64,000 nt of DNA from an uncultured Gemmatimonadales bacterium (GTDB lineage: Bacteria > Gemmatimonadota > Gemmatimonadetes > Longimicrobiales > RSA9). The DNA is taken from assembly GCA_963798845.1 (NCBI GenBank), contig CAWCUS010000004.1, positions 160,001-224,000 of the forward strand, in the 5' to 3' direction. The first letter of the stretch is position 1. Each line of letters opens with the position of its first letter. Below the pieces are notes generated by a model that was not told where the DNA came from, searched no databases, and worked only from the letters and a program-made list of their open reading frames with translations. Below are positions 12,526 through 21,551 of this stretch, piece after piece. A program made the translations under genes and the position numbers.

Positions 12526-13818
12526 ATGCACACCTCTCTTGCTCCTGCCGCACCGGTGATCCGGGCCCGCGCGCTCGACGCCGGGCAGGGCCCGCGGTTC
12601 CTGCTTCCGGGGGAGCACTTCGCGGCGGGGGTGGTCTTCCTGCTGCTGGGCATGGGGGGGCTGGTGTGGGTGGCGCCGCAGGTCGCGGCGGGATGGTACC
12701 CGTCGGCGCGGGTGGCGGCAGTGACGCACCTGTTCACGCTGGGCTGGATCACGACGTCGATCTTCGGGGCTCTGTACCAGTTCCTGCCGGTGGCGCTCGG
12801 GCGGCCGATCCGGTCGACGGTGCTGGCGCATGCGACGTTCGCGCTCTTCGTTCCCGGTCTGCTCGGATTCGTGGGCGGGCTGTTCGCCGGCGTGATGCCG
12901 CTGATGCTGGCGGGAGCTGCGGCATTCGGAACGGGTGTGTTCCTGTTCGCGGCCAACCTGGGTGCGACGCTCGCGGTCGCTGAGCGTCGGGACCTCACCT
13001 GGTGGTGCCTGGTGGCGGCGGACGGGTTCCTCGTGCTGACGGTGCTGCTGGGCCTCACCCTCGCCGGAAATCTCCGGTGGGGATACCTCGGCGTGCATTG
13101 GTGGACGGCGCTGGGGGTGCACCTGCACCTCGCGCTGGCGGGCTGGGTGATGATGGTCGTGATCGGCGTCGCTCACCGCCTCCTTCCCATGTTCCTTCTC
13201 AGCCACGGCGCCCCGGAGCGTTGGGGGCGGGTCGCGGGTGTGATGGTGGCCGCGGGCGTGGCCGTCCTGGTTGTGTTCCACCATGCCCCGGCGCCGCTGT
13301 CGCGCTGGCTTCCCGCCGGCCTCCTGCTCGGCGGGATGGCGGCGTTCCTTGCCCAGGCGCGCGCCTTCTTTGCCCACCGCGTGAAGCCGCGGCTGGATCC
13401 CGGGCTGCGGCTGGCGGGCGCTTCGCTGGCGTTCATGGGCGTGGCCGCCGGTCTCGGGCTCGCGAGCGTGATCACCGGCTTCGCGCTGCCCCGGCTGTCG
13501 ACGGGGTATGTCGCGTCGGTGGTCCTCGCGCTGACCCTGTTCGTGGCCGCGCACTATTACAAGATCGTGCCCTTCCTGGTCTGGTTCCATCGCTTCGGCC
13601 CTCTCGTGGCGGAGCGCCCGGTGCCGCGTGTGGCGGAGCTGTACTCGGCCAGGGGGGCCATGGCAGCCAGCTGGCTGCTGAGTGTGGGCGCTGCCGGAGT
13701 CGTCGCCGGGACGTTGCTCGGCTCGGGCGCGCTCGCCCGCGCCGCCGCCGCCGTGGCGGCCGCGGGTGGCGTGGTGGAGGCCGTCCAGATGTGGAAGCTC
13801 GCATGGAGGAGACCGTGA
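12526..13818 (+). CDS. Polytopic His-rich membrane protein (heme-copper oxidase subunit I/NnrS-like fold suspected)
   Basis: About 12 hydrophobic segments; THLFTLGW, GALYQFLPV, HLHLALAGW, YKIVPFLVW. Confidence 0.7.
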   Translation: MHTSLAPAAPVIRARALDAGQGPRFLLPGEHFAAGVVFLLLGMGGLVWVAPQVAAGWYPSARVAAVTHLFTLGWITTSIFGALYQFLPVALGRPIRSTVLAHATFALFVPGLLGFVGGLFAGVMPLMLAGAAAFGTGVFLFAANLGATLAVAERRDLTWWCLVAADGFLVLTVLLGLTLAGNLRWGYLGVHWWTALGVHLHLALAGWVMMVVIGVAHRLLPMFLLSHGAPERWGRVAGVMVAAGVAVLVVFHHAPAPLSRWLPAGLLLGGMAAFLAQARAFFAHRVKPRLDPGLRLAGASLAFMGVAAGLGLASVITGFALPRLSTGYVASVVLALTLFVAAHYYKIVPFLVWFHRFGPLVAERPVPRVAELYSARGAMAASWLLSVGAAGVVAGTLLGSGALARAAAAVAAAGGVVEAVQMWKLAWRRP

Positions 13819-14156
13819 GCGAATCGTATGAAGCAGCCGTTGTCGGCGACCCTTCGGCCGGCGGAGCGTCGCCGGGTGTGACGGAGGACGCCGTCCGGAC
13901 CGCGCTCGCCGGCGTGGTCGATCCGGAGATCGGACTGGACATCATCACCCTGGGCCTCGTCTACGACGTCGCCGTCGCAGCGGGCGAGGTCGCCATCGAC
14001 TACACCCTCACCACGCGCGGATGCCCGATGGAGGCGCACCTCGGCAACGCCATCGTGGCCGTCGTCGCGGCGCTCGAGGGCGTGGTCGGGGTGCACGCTC
14101 GCCTGGTCTGGGATCCGGGGTGGACCCCGGGGATGATCCAGGAGGGGGCATGGTGA
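13815..14156 (+). CDS. DUF59/SufT-like metal-sulfur cluster assembly factor
   Basis: VVDPEIGLDIITLGLVYDV, TLTTRGCPM, VWDPGWTP. Confidence 0.88.
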   Translation: MSESYEAAVVGDPSAGGASPGVTEDAVRTALAGVVDPEIGLDIITLGLVYDVAVAAGEVAIDYTLTTRGCPMEAHLGNAIVAVVAALEGVVGVHARLVWDPGWTPGMIQEGAW

Positions 14157-15031
14157 TCCGCGCCAGTGATCGAGTGCTCGACGTGATCGGGCGCGACGAC
14201 TCCCTCATCGAGGTATTCGTCTCCGTCTCGCCCGCGTTCCGTCGCCTGCGGAGCCCCGCCTTGCGCAGGGTGATGGGACGCCTCGTCACCGTGGGACAGG
14301 CCGCCCGCGTGGCCGGGATGACCCCGGAAACGCTCGTGGCCCGCCTGAACGACCTGGTCGGCACTTCTGAAGCTGGCGGCGAGCCCCCGGAATGCCCGGC
14401 GGAGGCGCCGCCGGCGGGCGGCGACGGTGACGGAGCCGGCACCCCGGTGGAGCTCGCCGGCATCCCGTCCGAGAGGGTGGTGGAGCTGGACGTCCGCGAT
14501 GCGCTGAACAACGGGGAGGAGCCGTTCAGCCGCATCATGGCGGCGAAGCGCGAGGTCCCCCCCGGCGGCGCGCTGCGTCTGCGCGCCATCTTCGAGCCGG
14601 TCCCTCTCTACCAGGTGCTCGCCCGGCAGGGCATGCGGCACTGGACCGAGCGCCTGGCCGACGACGACTGGATCGTCTGGTTCTGGCCGGCCGCCGCCGA
14701 AACCGCCGCCGAAATCGCCGCCGCTCCGGCCGCCGCTCCGGCTGCAGGGTCCGGCGAGGCGGGCGGTGTCGGGAGCGGTGGGATGAACGGCGAGGGCGTC
14801 ATCGTCCTCGATGTGCGCGGACTGGAGCCCCCGGAGCCGATGGTGCGGACGCTGGCGGCGCTGGACCGGCTGCCGAAAGGCGACACGCTGGTGCAGGTGA
14901 ACGTGCGGGAGCCTCGCTTCCTGTTGCCACAGCTGCAGGAGCGCGGCTTCACCTGGGAAGTGCGGGAGCAGGATCCGGACCTGATCCGGGTCTTCATCAA
15001 ACACGCAGAACGAGGTGGAAACGATGGCTGA
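14150..15031 (+). CDS. DUF1858 + two DUF2249 (TusA/SirA-like) domain protein
   Basis: N-terminal ...LRSPALRRVMGRLVTVGQAARVAG; LDVRDALNNGEEPFSRIM...FEPVPLY; LDVRGLEPPEPM...REPRFL. Confidence 0.75.
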   Translation: MVIRASDRVLDVIGRDDSLIEVFVSVSPAFRRLRSPALRRVMGRLVTVGQAARVAGMTPETLVARLNDLVGTSEAGGEPPECPAEAPPAGGDGDGAGTPVELAGIPSERVVELDVRDALNNGEEPFSRIMAAKREVPPGGALRLRAIFEPVPLYQVLARQGMRHWTERLADDDWIVWFWPAAAETAAEIAAAPAAAPAAGSGEAGGVGSGGMNGEGVIVLDVRGLEPPEPMVRTLAALDRLPKGDTLVQVNVREPRFLLPQLQERGFTWEVREQDPDLIRVFIKHAERGGNDG

Positions 15032-15305
15032 AGAAGCGAACACGAGCGGGGAAGCGGGCGAGGTCCTGGACGTGCGGATCATTCCGCCGCGGGACAAGCA
15101 CCCCACCATCTTCCGGACCTTCGAAGCGCTGGAGCCGGGCCAGGCGTTCGTGCTGGTGAACGACCACGACCCCAAGCCGCTGCGCTATCAGTTCGAGTTC
15201 GAGCGCAAGGGACAGTACGGCTGGGAGTACCTCGAGGAGGGACCGGAGACGTGGCGGGTGCGGCTCATCAAGCGCCCCGGCGCTTCCGCGCACGGGACCG
15301 CCTGA
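15024..15305 (+). CDS. DUF2249 domain protein
   Basis: LDVRIIPPRDKHPTIF, VNDHDPKPL, WEYLEEGPETWRV. Confidence 0.85.
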   Translation: MAEEANTSGEAGEVLDVRIIPPRDKHPTIFRTFEALEPGQAFVLVNDHDPKPLRYQFEFERKGQYGWEYLEEGPETWRVRLIKRPGASAHGTA

Positions 15306-15597
15306 CGCGCGCGCTCTCGGAGCGGGGCGCCCTGGCCAGCACTTCGCAGCCCGGCGCCCCGTCCGCTGCCCGCCGCACCAACAGCTCCACCCCCAGCGCA
15401 TCCCGGTCTGCGGGCGCCGGGGCGGCTTCCCGCGCTGTGAGCGCACGGATCACGTTGGCCACGCTCTGCTGGTCCGAGATCGTCAATCTGCTCATGACAG
15501 CGGCCGCCGAGGTGCATCTTCCGGGCCACAGCCTCCCACGCCATCTTCCTGCCATGCCGCGGACGGGATGCCTCCCGCCGCCGAACCTCCGTGAGCC

Positions 15598-16971
15598 ATG
15601 CTCTCATCCGTCATCCGCGCCGTGGTTGGCGCGGCTGTCCGCCTCTTCTACCGCCTCGAGCGTCGTGGCGCCGCCGTGGCGACGGGACCGGTCCTGCTGG
15701 CGGCGAACCACCCGAACAGCCTGCTGGACCCGATCATCGTGCTGGCCACGGCCGGGCGCCGGTCGCGGCCGCTGGCCAAGGCACCGCTGTTCGAGCGTGC
15801 CGTGGTGGGTCGTCTGATCCGGGCGCTCGGTGGGATTCCGGTGTACCGGCGCGAGGACGACCCTGCGAAGATGGAGCGCAACGAGGACGCGTTCCGGGCG
15901 GCTACGGCGGCGCTGCTGGCGGGGGACGCCGTCCAGATCTTCCCGGAAGGGCGGAGCCATTCTGACCCATCGATGTCGCCGCTTCGAACCGGTGCGGCGC
16001 GGATCGCGCTGCAGGCCGAGTCGGAGTCGAGCTGGAGGCTGGGGCTGGTGATCGTGCCGGTCGGCCTGACCTACGAGCGGAAACGGTTCTTCCGGGGCCG
16101 GGCGGTGGTGGTGTACGGCGACCCGATGGCTGTGTCGGGGTGGCGTGCGGCGTGGGAGCGGGACAGTCGTGATGCCGCGAGGCAGCTGACCGCGGCGTTG
16201 GACCTGCGGCTGCGGGCGCTCACGCTGAACCTGTCCGAATCGGAGGATACGGCGCTCATCGACACGGCCGAGCGCGTCTGGAGCCACGCGAAGGGTGTGA
16301 TCACCGTTCGGGAGCGTGCCTCGCTGGGCGAGCGGCTGCCGCGCCTGCGGGCGTTCGCGGAGGGTCTGGCGTGGCTGCGCGCGGTGGATCCGGCGCGGCA
16401 TCGTCGCCTGGCGGGGGACGTGCGGCGCTACCGTCGGGTCGCGGACCTGCTGGGCGCGGCGGAGGGCGACGTCCCCGACCGGTACCGGCTGGGGCCCTCG
16501 CTCCGCTGGGTGGCGACGCTGGGCCTGCCGGTGCTGCTCCTCTCACCTGTCGCCGTGCTGGCCGTGGCGTTCTGGTGGGTGCCATACCGCCTGGTCCGGC
16601 GGGTGGTCGCCGGAATGAAGCTGCCCGACGACATGGAGGCGACGTACAAGCTGGCGACGTCGTTTCTGGCGTATCCGTCGTTCCTCGGGTTGTGGACCGG
16701 GCTGGCATGGTGGTGGGGCGGGTGGCCGGCGGGCCTTCTGGCGCTGCTGCTGCTGCCCGCCGTCGGAGTCGCGGCGGTTGCGTGGCTCGACCGGGCCAGG
16801 GAGGCGAGGGCCGATGTCCGCCTCTTCCTCCGTCTGGGCCGTCACGCGCAACGAGCCGGGGAGCTGGCAGCTCGCCGGGCGCGGCTGGTGTCCGAGTTCG
16901 ACGCGGTTCAGGCGCTGCGCGCCGCCGACGACGTCAGCTCTTCTTCGCCGTCTTTGCGAAGAACGCGCTGA
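15598..16971 (+). CDS. PlsC-family (lyso)phospholipid acyltransferase with C-terminal TM region
   Basis: ANHPNSLLDP (NHxxxxD), IFPEGRSH, TGAARI. Confidence 0.88.
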   Translation: MLSSVIRAVVGAAVRLFYRLERRGAAVATGPVLLAANHPNSLLDPIIVLATAGRRSRPLAKAPLFERAVVGRLIRALGGIPVYRREDDPAKMERNEDAFRAATAALLAGDAVQIFPEGRSHSDPSMSPLRTGAARIALQAESESSWRLGLVIVPVGLTYERKRFFRGRAVVVYGDPMAVSGWRAAWERDSRDAARQLTAALDLRLRALTLNLSESEDTALIDTAERVWSHAKGVITVRERASLGERLPRLRAFAEGLAWLRAVDPARHRRLAGDVRRYRRVADLLGAAEGDVPDRYRLGPSLRWVATLGLPVLLLSPVAVLAVAFWWVPYRLVRRVVAGMKLPDDMEATYKLATSFLAYPSFLGLWTGLAWWWGGWPAGLLALLLLPAVGVAAVAWLDRAREARADVRLFLRLGRHAQRAGELAARRARLVSEFDAVQALRAADDVSSSSPSLRRTR

Positions 16972-17098
16972 AGACCTGCTCCACCCGCTTGCTCCCGCAT
17001 TTCGGGCACTTCGGGTGCGCGCTGCCGTGCTCTTCGATGTGCTCGGCCCGCTCGAACTCCTCCTGGCACTTGAGACAGCGGTAGAGATATCTGGGCAT
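16934..17098 (-). CDS. FmdB-family zinc-ribbon protein (54 aa, absent from the ORF track)
   Basis: MPRYLYRCLKCQEEFE...CPKCGSKRVEQVFSAFFAKTAKKS*. Confidence 0.85.
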   Translation of the reverse strand: MPRYLYRCLKCQEEFERAEHIEEHGSAHPKCPKCGSKRVEQVFSAFFAKTAKKS

Positions 17099-17262
17099 CG
17101 GTCCATGTCCACGATGGGCCGGGTGGGCGGGCCTGCGAACGCGACCCGCGCCTCACGCCGGACGGGCCATTGATGATCATCGTAAGCCGCCATTGCGACC
17201 CCGTCCAGACCCGCCTCTTTCCGACCCGGGGAGGTTCAGGCCGCCGTCGGGAGCGCGCTGGA

Positions 17263-18987
17263 TCACGCGCGTCCGCTGCCGAACGTGGCCTGGACGTTCA
17301 CGCTCGAACGCAGCGCAGCGGCGTAGAAGCGAGCTTCCGCTCGCAGCCGCGATCCGTCCGTCGGGTCGGTCGCCTCCCTGGCGGCGAGCGCGGAATCGCC
17401 GTAGCACGCCGCGGCGTAGACGGGCCGGTACGCTGCCACTGCTCCGGCGTCCGCCGCCGCCGCGGCCCGACCGGCCGGCGGACCCCCGGCCGCGCTGCGG
17501 ACCGCCTGGCGGAAGTGTTCCGCGGCTGCGGGAGTCAGCTCCAGCTCGATGGTCGCGCCGGCCACGTCCCACGCCGGGTCGGCCGGTCCCGGGAGCCGGA
17601 GGCCGTCGCCGTGGTCCACGGTGTCGATCTTCACGGTGCCGCCCGCACCGGTGCGGATCCACTCCCACGGCTGCAGCCTCCCGTCTGGAATGGTAGCCTC
17701 CCGCTCCGGCAGGAGTTCCAGGGCGCGAGCGGCCCGGCCCAGCTCCTGCCGCTGGAGGCCCGCTTCGACGCCGTTCTCCAGCAGCAGGTTCGCCCACCAG
17801 GCGGCGTCGGCCGGCTGTCCCGTCCGGAAGCGCCCGGCCCGGACGGCGATGTAGCCGGCCATCGCGTTCGCGAGCACCGGATCCTGGCCGACGCCGCGGC
17901 GGAACGGCGTCCCCTCCACCCACGGGCGCGTGACGAAGCCGAGCCCTGCCATCTCCGTGGGTCCGGCCTTCCCATCCGACAGCGCGGCGGCGCGCTCGAG
18001 CCACCGGTCGAGCGACGCGCCCAGTCCGGCGTAGCGGACCATCCAGGACGGGCCGCCCTCCTCCTGCACGCGCGCCTTGAGCCGCTCGAAGTGGGGGGCG
18101 GCCGGGAGGTCCGCGGCGCCGAACACCCGGCGGCGCCACGCGCCGCGTGAGAGGTCCAGGGGCGGCGGCCAGCTGCGTGCGGAGGCGATCCTCGCGAGCC
18201 GGTCGTCGTCGAGACGCGGGAGATAGCGGCGGCTCCGGCGGAACCAGGCGCGACGCCCCTCCGGCGCGAGCGGCATGGCGCCGTCGTGGCTCGGGAACAG
18301 AACGATCCGGGTCTCGGGTACGCCGGACTGGCGCAGCCAGCGGGCGGTGCACTCGAACGTTTCACCCGTGACGCCCGGGCCTTCGTCGACCACGAGCACG
18401 TCTCCGCCGCTCGCGACCGCGTCCACGATCCGATCGGTGACCCGCTCGCTCGCGTCGATGCGGCGATGGCCGCTCTCGCCGTGCGGTCGAACCGTTACGG
18501 ACGTCCCGGCGCTCACCGCGGCCGCCACCACGCCGGAGAGGCTCGTCCCGATGCTGCGGATCCCCACCACCACCGCGAGGGGTGCGCGCTCCCCCGCATC
18601 GCGCCGATACGCCGCCGCCGATCGCCCGTAGGCGCGGGGGTCGAGGGCGTAGTGGGCGTACCCCTCCGGATCGCGGATCTCCAGCGCGGGCGGCAGCGCG
18701 GGGCGGACCTCGCCGAGGAGCGCGAGCGCCTCGGCCATCGGTCGCCTCCGTCCCTCCGCGGTCGGGGCGATATACGCCCGTCCGGCCGCGAGCGTGGCGG
18801 AGCGGAGCACCGCGTCGACCGGACCGAAATCGTCACGGGCGGGGTGCCGGGCGTCGGCCGCTCCCTGCTCCAGCCGCCCCACCTCGACGAGGAAATCGGC
18901 CGCTCGTCCTTCGCCGGCCAGGCGTCGGAGCGACCGGAGGCACTCGTCGGTCGTGGCCGTGCGGATGACGTCGCGGTAGACGATCAC
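17263..18987 (-). CDS. Hypothetical protein: PRTase-like domain fused to a kinase-like C-terminal domain
   Basis: GTG start overlapping the upstream stop; PEGYAHYAL, VVGIRSIGTSL, VLVVDEGPGVTGETF, DGRLQPWEW...KIDTVDH. Confidence 0.7.
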   Translation of the reverse strand: MIVYRDVIRTATTDECLRSLRRLAGEGRAADFLVEVGRLEQGAADARHPARDDFGPVDAVLRSATLAAGRAYIAPTAEGRRRPMAEALALLGEVRPALPPALEIRDPEGYAHYALDPRAYGRSAAAYRRDAGERAPLAVVVGIRSIGTSLSGVVAAAVSAGTSVTVRPHGESGHRRIDASERVTDRIVDAVASGGDVLVVDEGPGVTGETFECTARWLRQSGVPETRIVLFPSHDGAMPLAPEGRRAWFRRSRRYLPRLDDDRLARIASARSWPPPLDLSRGAWRRRVFGAADLPAAPHFERLKARVQEEGGPSWMVRYAGLGASLDRWLERAAALSDGKAGPTEMAGLGFVTRPWVEGTPFRRGVGQDPVLANAMAGYIAVRAGRFRTGQPADAAWWANLLLENGVEAGLQRQELGRAARALELLPEREATIPDGRLQPWEWIRTGAGGTVKIDTVDHGDGLRLPGPADPAWDVAGATIELELTPAAAEHFRQAVRSAAGGPPAGRAAAAADAGAVAAYRPVYAAACYGDSALAAREATDPTDGSRLRAEARFYAAALRSSVNVQATFGSGRA

Positions 18988-19991
18988 TCCGTGGCCCGCC
19001 TGTGGACGTCCCGATGCGACATGCCGGAGCCGAGCCGCCTCGCCTCCTCGACGACCGTGACGGCCACCGCATCCGCGTGGTCGGCCAGGCCCGAACCGGC
19101 CGCGTGCAGCCCCATGTTCACGAGCTGGTAGGCCCGGTAGAAGGACAGCAGGAGCGGGTCGGCGTCGCGGCCCCATCCATCGAGCAGGTGCGGGAGCCAG
19201 TCCCATGTCCACGGCTGTCCGAAGAGTGGACCGTGCAGGATCTCCGTCTTGGCGATCTCGGCCTCGGGCGGACCTGAGAAGGCGTCCTCGAAGTCGATGG
19301 CGCCGATGCACTCGACCTGCGGCTCCTCGCGGCAGATCACGTTCTGGTCGAAGAGGTCGTTATGGACCAGAACGGGCGGCCGACCCTCGTTCGCCCGGGC
19401 GGCGTCGGGAGTGGCTTCGAGCAGCAGCTCCACCGCTTCCACGCCGGTCGGCCAATGCTCCGTGACGGCAGGCAGGAGCCGGTCGGCAAGGTCGAGCTCC
19501 ATGAACCGCTCCAGCGGTGTGTCGTCGCGCACCGATTCGACCACCGGTCCGTGCCCGGGCAGCTCGACCGTCTGGAGGCTTCGGATCAGGGCGCCCCAGC
19601 CGCGCACCACTCGCCCGCGATCGCCCTCGATCACGTCCGGCCACAGCTCGTGCAGCGTCGGGCCTGCGACCCACCAGTAGATCAGGACCGCCTCATCGGC
19701 CAGCTCGTCCGGGGTGGGGACGTAGCGTGGAGTCTTGAGCCCCGGTACCTCCGCCACGAGCTGTGCCGCCAGCCGCGACGCCCGGAAACGGTAGATGTTC
19801 GCCGGATCCCGCGCGCGCTTGATGACCAGGATCCGGCCGTCCCCGAGGTGCACTTCGTCCACGCTGTTGCTGTGCCGGTCGCGCCGGATCACGTGGTAGT
19901 CGGCGGGACTGTCCGCGCGCTCGCCGATGTGGTCGAGCACCACGCCGGCGGCTTCGTGAACCTCGGCGGACGCCGGTCGCCTGCCTCTCAT
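18984..19991 (-). CDS. Aminoglycoside phosphotransferase (APH)-family kinase
   Basis: LVIK, LVHNDLFDQNVI, IDFED. Confidence 0.85.
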   Translation of the reverse strand: MRGRRPASAEVHEAAGVVLDHIGERADSPADYHVIRRDRHSNSVDEVHLGDGRILVIKRARDPANIYRFRASRLAAQLVAEVPGLKTPRYVPTPDELADEAVLIYWWVAGPTLHELWPDVIEGDRGRVVRGWGALIRSLQTVELPGHGPVVESVRDDTPLERFMELDLADRLLPAVTEHWPTGVEAVELLLEATPDAARANEGRPPVLVHNDLFDQNVICREEPQVECIGAIDFEDAFSGPPEAEIAKTEILHGPLFGQPWTWDWLPHLLDGWGRDADPLLLSFYRAYQLVNMGLHAAGSGLADHADAVAVTVVEEARRLGSGMSHRDVHRRATE

Positions 19992-20353
19992 GCCTCCGCC
20001 CCGCTTCCGTCACCGTGCCAGTGCGGCCGGAAATCCTCCAGCGCCGCCAGCGTTTCGGCGAAATCGCCGCGGAAGGGAACCGCGCGGTCGTCCACGTACG
20101 CCAGCGCCGGCAGCTTGCGGTCCGTCACTCTGGCGACGAACCGGTCCAACCCGTGCCTCGCCAGCCACGCCCTCGCCGCCGCCGGGTCCCGTGTCGTCAG
20201 GACGACGATTTCGTGCCCCCTCTGCGCGAGCGCCTCCAGAAATGCCGCCGCTCCCGGCCGCGGAGCATGCCACGTGACCTCGCCCCGCCACCCGCTGTAC
20301 GTGTCCAGGACCCCGTTGAGGTCGACGCATATCCGCTTCTTCATGGTGTCCAC
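19988..20353 (-). CDS. Small capless HAD-superfamily phosphatase-like protein
   Basis: ICVDLNGVL, LTTR, K-x-PA-x-AYVDDRAV; RBS GGAGAAGG. Confidence 0.75.
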   Translation of the reverse strand: MDTMKKRICVDLNGVLDTYSGWRGEVTWHAPRPGAAAFLEALAQRGHEIVVLTTRDPAAARAWLARHGLDRFVARVTDRKLPALAYVDDRAVPFRGDFAETLAALEDFRPHWHGDGSGAEA

Positions 20354-20363
20354 ACCTTCTCCC

Positions 20364-20996
20364 TCAGGCCACGTCGCGCCAGGCAGTGGCCGCCCCGGTG
20401 CGCTCCAGCACGACCAGGGAACAGTGCTCGGGCGTGATGCTCGCGTAGCTGTTCAGATCCCGGCCCTCGTAGTGCGCCCACGCCAGCCGGATCGCCGCGA
20501 GATGCGTCACGCACAGAGCGCGGCCGGTCCGCGCCATGATGCGCTCGAGCGCTGCCACCACCCGCCGCTGCGTGGCCGCCAGTCCCTCGTGACCCGGCAT
20601 GCTCAGAGCCGCCGGATCCGCTTGCCAGAGCGCGTGCATCGCCGGATCGCGCGCCTCGATCTCCCCGTCCGTCAGCCCTTCCCAGGGACCGAGAGCCATC
20701 TCCCGCAGGTCGGGCTCCACGCGTACCTCGCACTCCAGGCTCGGCGCCAGGATTCGGGCGGTCTCCATTGCCCTCGCCAGGGGGCTGCTCCACACCCCGT
20801 CCACGCGCAGGTAGCGCAGCCGCCGGCCCAGCGCGCGCGCCTGCTCTCTGCCATCGCGCCCGAGCGGCTCGTCCAGCATCCCGAGCCTTCGGCCCGACAA
20901 ATTCGCCTCCGTCACTGCGTGGCGGACCAGGTACAGCGTCCTGGTACGCTCGACCGTTCCGAACCCGCCGCCGCGGGCGCCCGTGTCCGTGCTGAT
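20364..20996 (-). CDS. Histidine phosphatase (phosphoglycerate mutase family); start uncertain
   Basis: LYLVRHA, SSPLARAMETA, LREMALGPWEG, VTH; candidate starts ATC 20996 (after GAGAGG) or TTG 21023. Confidence 0.85.
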   Translation of the reverse strand: MSTDTGARGGGFGTVERTRTLYLVRHAVTEANLSGRRLGMLDEPLGRDGREQARALGRRLRYLRVDGVWSSPLARAMETARILAPSLECEVRVEPDLREMALGPWEGLTDGEIEARDPAMHALWQADPAALSMPGHEGLAATQRRVVAALERIMARTGRALCVTHLAAIRLAWAHYEGRDLNSYASITPEHCSLVVLERTGAATAWRDVA

Positions 20997-21245
20997 GCGA
21001 CACCTCTCGGTTCCTCGTTCCAACCCCGTATACCGCAACCCGAATGCCGGCAGCCGCCATGCTCCCGGACGCCGCTGACAACCCCGCCCCGGCCAGTGGG
21101 GGCGGACCATGCGCGGATCCGCCGGCCCGCACCGGCGCGGCGTCGGCTCGCTTCGTGGACCCCCTCCCGCCGCTCCCTCGTCGGCGCGTGTCTTGCACGC
21201 CGGTCGCGCTCGGCTGGCTCGCGTCGACGAAGGAGAGGGAAGGGA

Positions 21246-21551
21246 ATGACGGCAGACAACGCGGCTGACCGAGCTGCGGAGGAGGAGGGCGCCGCCCGCG
21301 CCGGGAGAGAGGCTGCCGACGAGCTGCGCGGGCAGCTCTTCACCGGGCTCGACCGCCTCGCCTTCGCCCTGGAGATGGAAGCCGCCGAAGCGGTCGAGCG
21401 CGGAGACGGCGAGGGTGCGGCGCGTCTGGAGGACCGGCGCCTCGGCGTCCGGCTGGCGCAGCGGCTCGTAGCCGGCGTTTACGCGGACGAAGTGGACCGC
21501 CGCATCGCCGCCACGGGGGAGGCGTACCACGACCGCACCGTCATGGAATGA
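21246..21551 (+). CDS. Hypothetical helical protein (101 aa)
   Basis: Purine-rich RBS GGAGAGGGAAGGGA before ATG; ordinary amino-acid composition. Confidence 0.6.
   Translation: MTADNAADRAAEEEGAARAGREAADELRGQLFTGLDRLAFALEMEAAEAVERGDGEGAARLEDRRLGVRLAQRLVAGVYADEVDRRIAATGEAYHDRTVME

Noticed and set aside
15268..15495. Minus-strand 75-aa ORF (MSRLTISDQQ...)
   Set aside because: No clear RBS or motif and it overlaps the DUF2249 gene end; cannot be supported
18984..19991. Aminoglycoside resistance gene
   Set aside because: Only the generic APH fold motifs are present; operon context points to metabolism
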